Source: Candidatus Brocadiia bacterium
GTDB lineage: Bacteria > Planctomycetota > MHYJ01 > JACQXL01 > JACQZI01
Reading direction: 5' to 3'
DNA: 42,693 nucleotides
Assembly (NCBI GenBank): GCA_020051675.1
Contig: JAGVQN010000103.1
Coordinates: 1 to 42,693 of the forward strand
The position numbers were made by a program, and so were the translations under genes. Numbering within the stretch: position 1 is the stretch's first letter; each line of letters opens with the position of its first letter. Below, one piece after another: positions 42,501-42,693 of this stretch. The notes under the pieces were generated by a model. The model was not told where the DNA came from, made no database searches, and was given only the letters and a program-made list of their open reading frames with translations.

Positions 42501-42576
42501 GATTGCTTCAGTCTCCCGCCAAGGCGGTATCCCTCGCAATGACAGTCATTGCGAGCCCCATAGGGGCGTGGCAATC
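42501..42576. repeat. 76-nt composite palindromic element (three hairpins closed by an outer stem) downstream of the carboxyltransferase gene
   Basis: Outer arms gattgc / gcaatc. Inner hairpins ccgcc-aa-ggcgg (42516-27), ctcgcaatgac-a-gtcattgcgag (42533-55) and gcccc-ata-ggggc (42555-67). Confidence 0.7.
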
Positions 42577-42606
42577 ACATTTTGTTATAGGCGCTAAATA
42601 AGAGAT

Positions 42607-42693
42607 ATGAAAGAAGATATTGCAGTTATCGTTGCCGCAGTGACCAGATACCTGGAAATCCCGATAGAAGAGGATTGGGTTATTGACGTGATG
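42607..42693 (+). CDS. 5' end of a small ORF running off the window, possibly an OadG-like small decarboxylase subunit
   Basis: MKEDIAVIVAAVTRYLEIPIEE resembles the EEIAAIAAAI-type motif of decarboxylase gamma subunits. Only 29 codons are visible. Confidence 0.3.
   Translation, partial: MKEDIAVIVAAVTRYLEIPIEEDWVIDVM

Noticed and set aside
42501-42576. tRNA-like cloverleaf (76 nt, closing stem plus three hairpins)
   Set aside because: The loops are only 1-3 nt, the central stem is 11 bp, and there are no D-loop or T-loop signatures (no GG, no GTTCRA). It is not a tRNA.

Overview
This is a 42.7-kb bacterial chromosomal window, read by eye only. No searches were run, so product calls rest on recognisable motifs in the supplied translations. 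I found no rRNA, tRNA or CRISPR array.

Positions ~0.3-34.4 kb hold mostly core genes on both strands: M48 protease, HU, MtaB, NrnA, PdxA, YebC, GpmI, a Hanks kinase, IspF, ParB/ParA with two parS-like sites, ClpC and FabG.

The most unusual coding feature is a co-oriented minus-strand block at 5162-13767. It runs ExeA/MshM-like ATPase, then a PilP/GspC-like membrane protein, then a secretin, then a 1655-aa membrane-anchored coiled-coil giant ending in TPR repeats. The giant carries 3 x 246-bp in-frame tandem repeats. No pilin, platform or secretion-ATPase gene occurs anywhere in the window, and a divergent XRE-S24 (LexA-like) regulator sits beside the block. Separately, an ECF sigma gene is flanked by an RsbW-like kinase and a zinc-ribbon membrane protein.

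Positions ~34.4-40.9 kb, between fabG and an acyl-CoA carboxyltransferase gene, look like a decaying accessory island. It contains:
- a four-helix-bundle protein gene whose 3' end is disrupted by a 46-nt double-hairpin element;
- a RelB/RelE-type cassette followed by a 3' fragment of a second four-helix-bundle gene;
- a gene split by a C7 homopolymer;
- a ~790-bp ORF-free stretch with internal repeats and a strong G-quadruplex motif;
- an orphan 260-aa protein behind a consensus promoter and a structured leader;
- two lipoprotein genes bracketed by 45-bp inverted repeats;
- a DUF2283 gene whose DUF4258-like partner is a pseudogene;
- a WapI-like orphan immunity-type gene.

The small minus-strand island genes share a repeated promoter-bearing intergenic module. 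Taxonomy cannot be established from the window.
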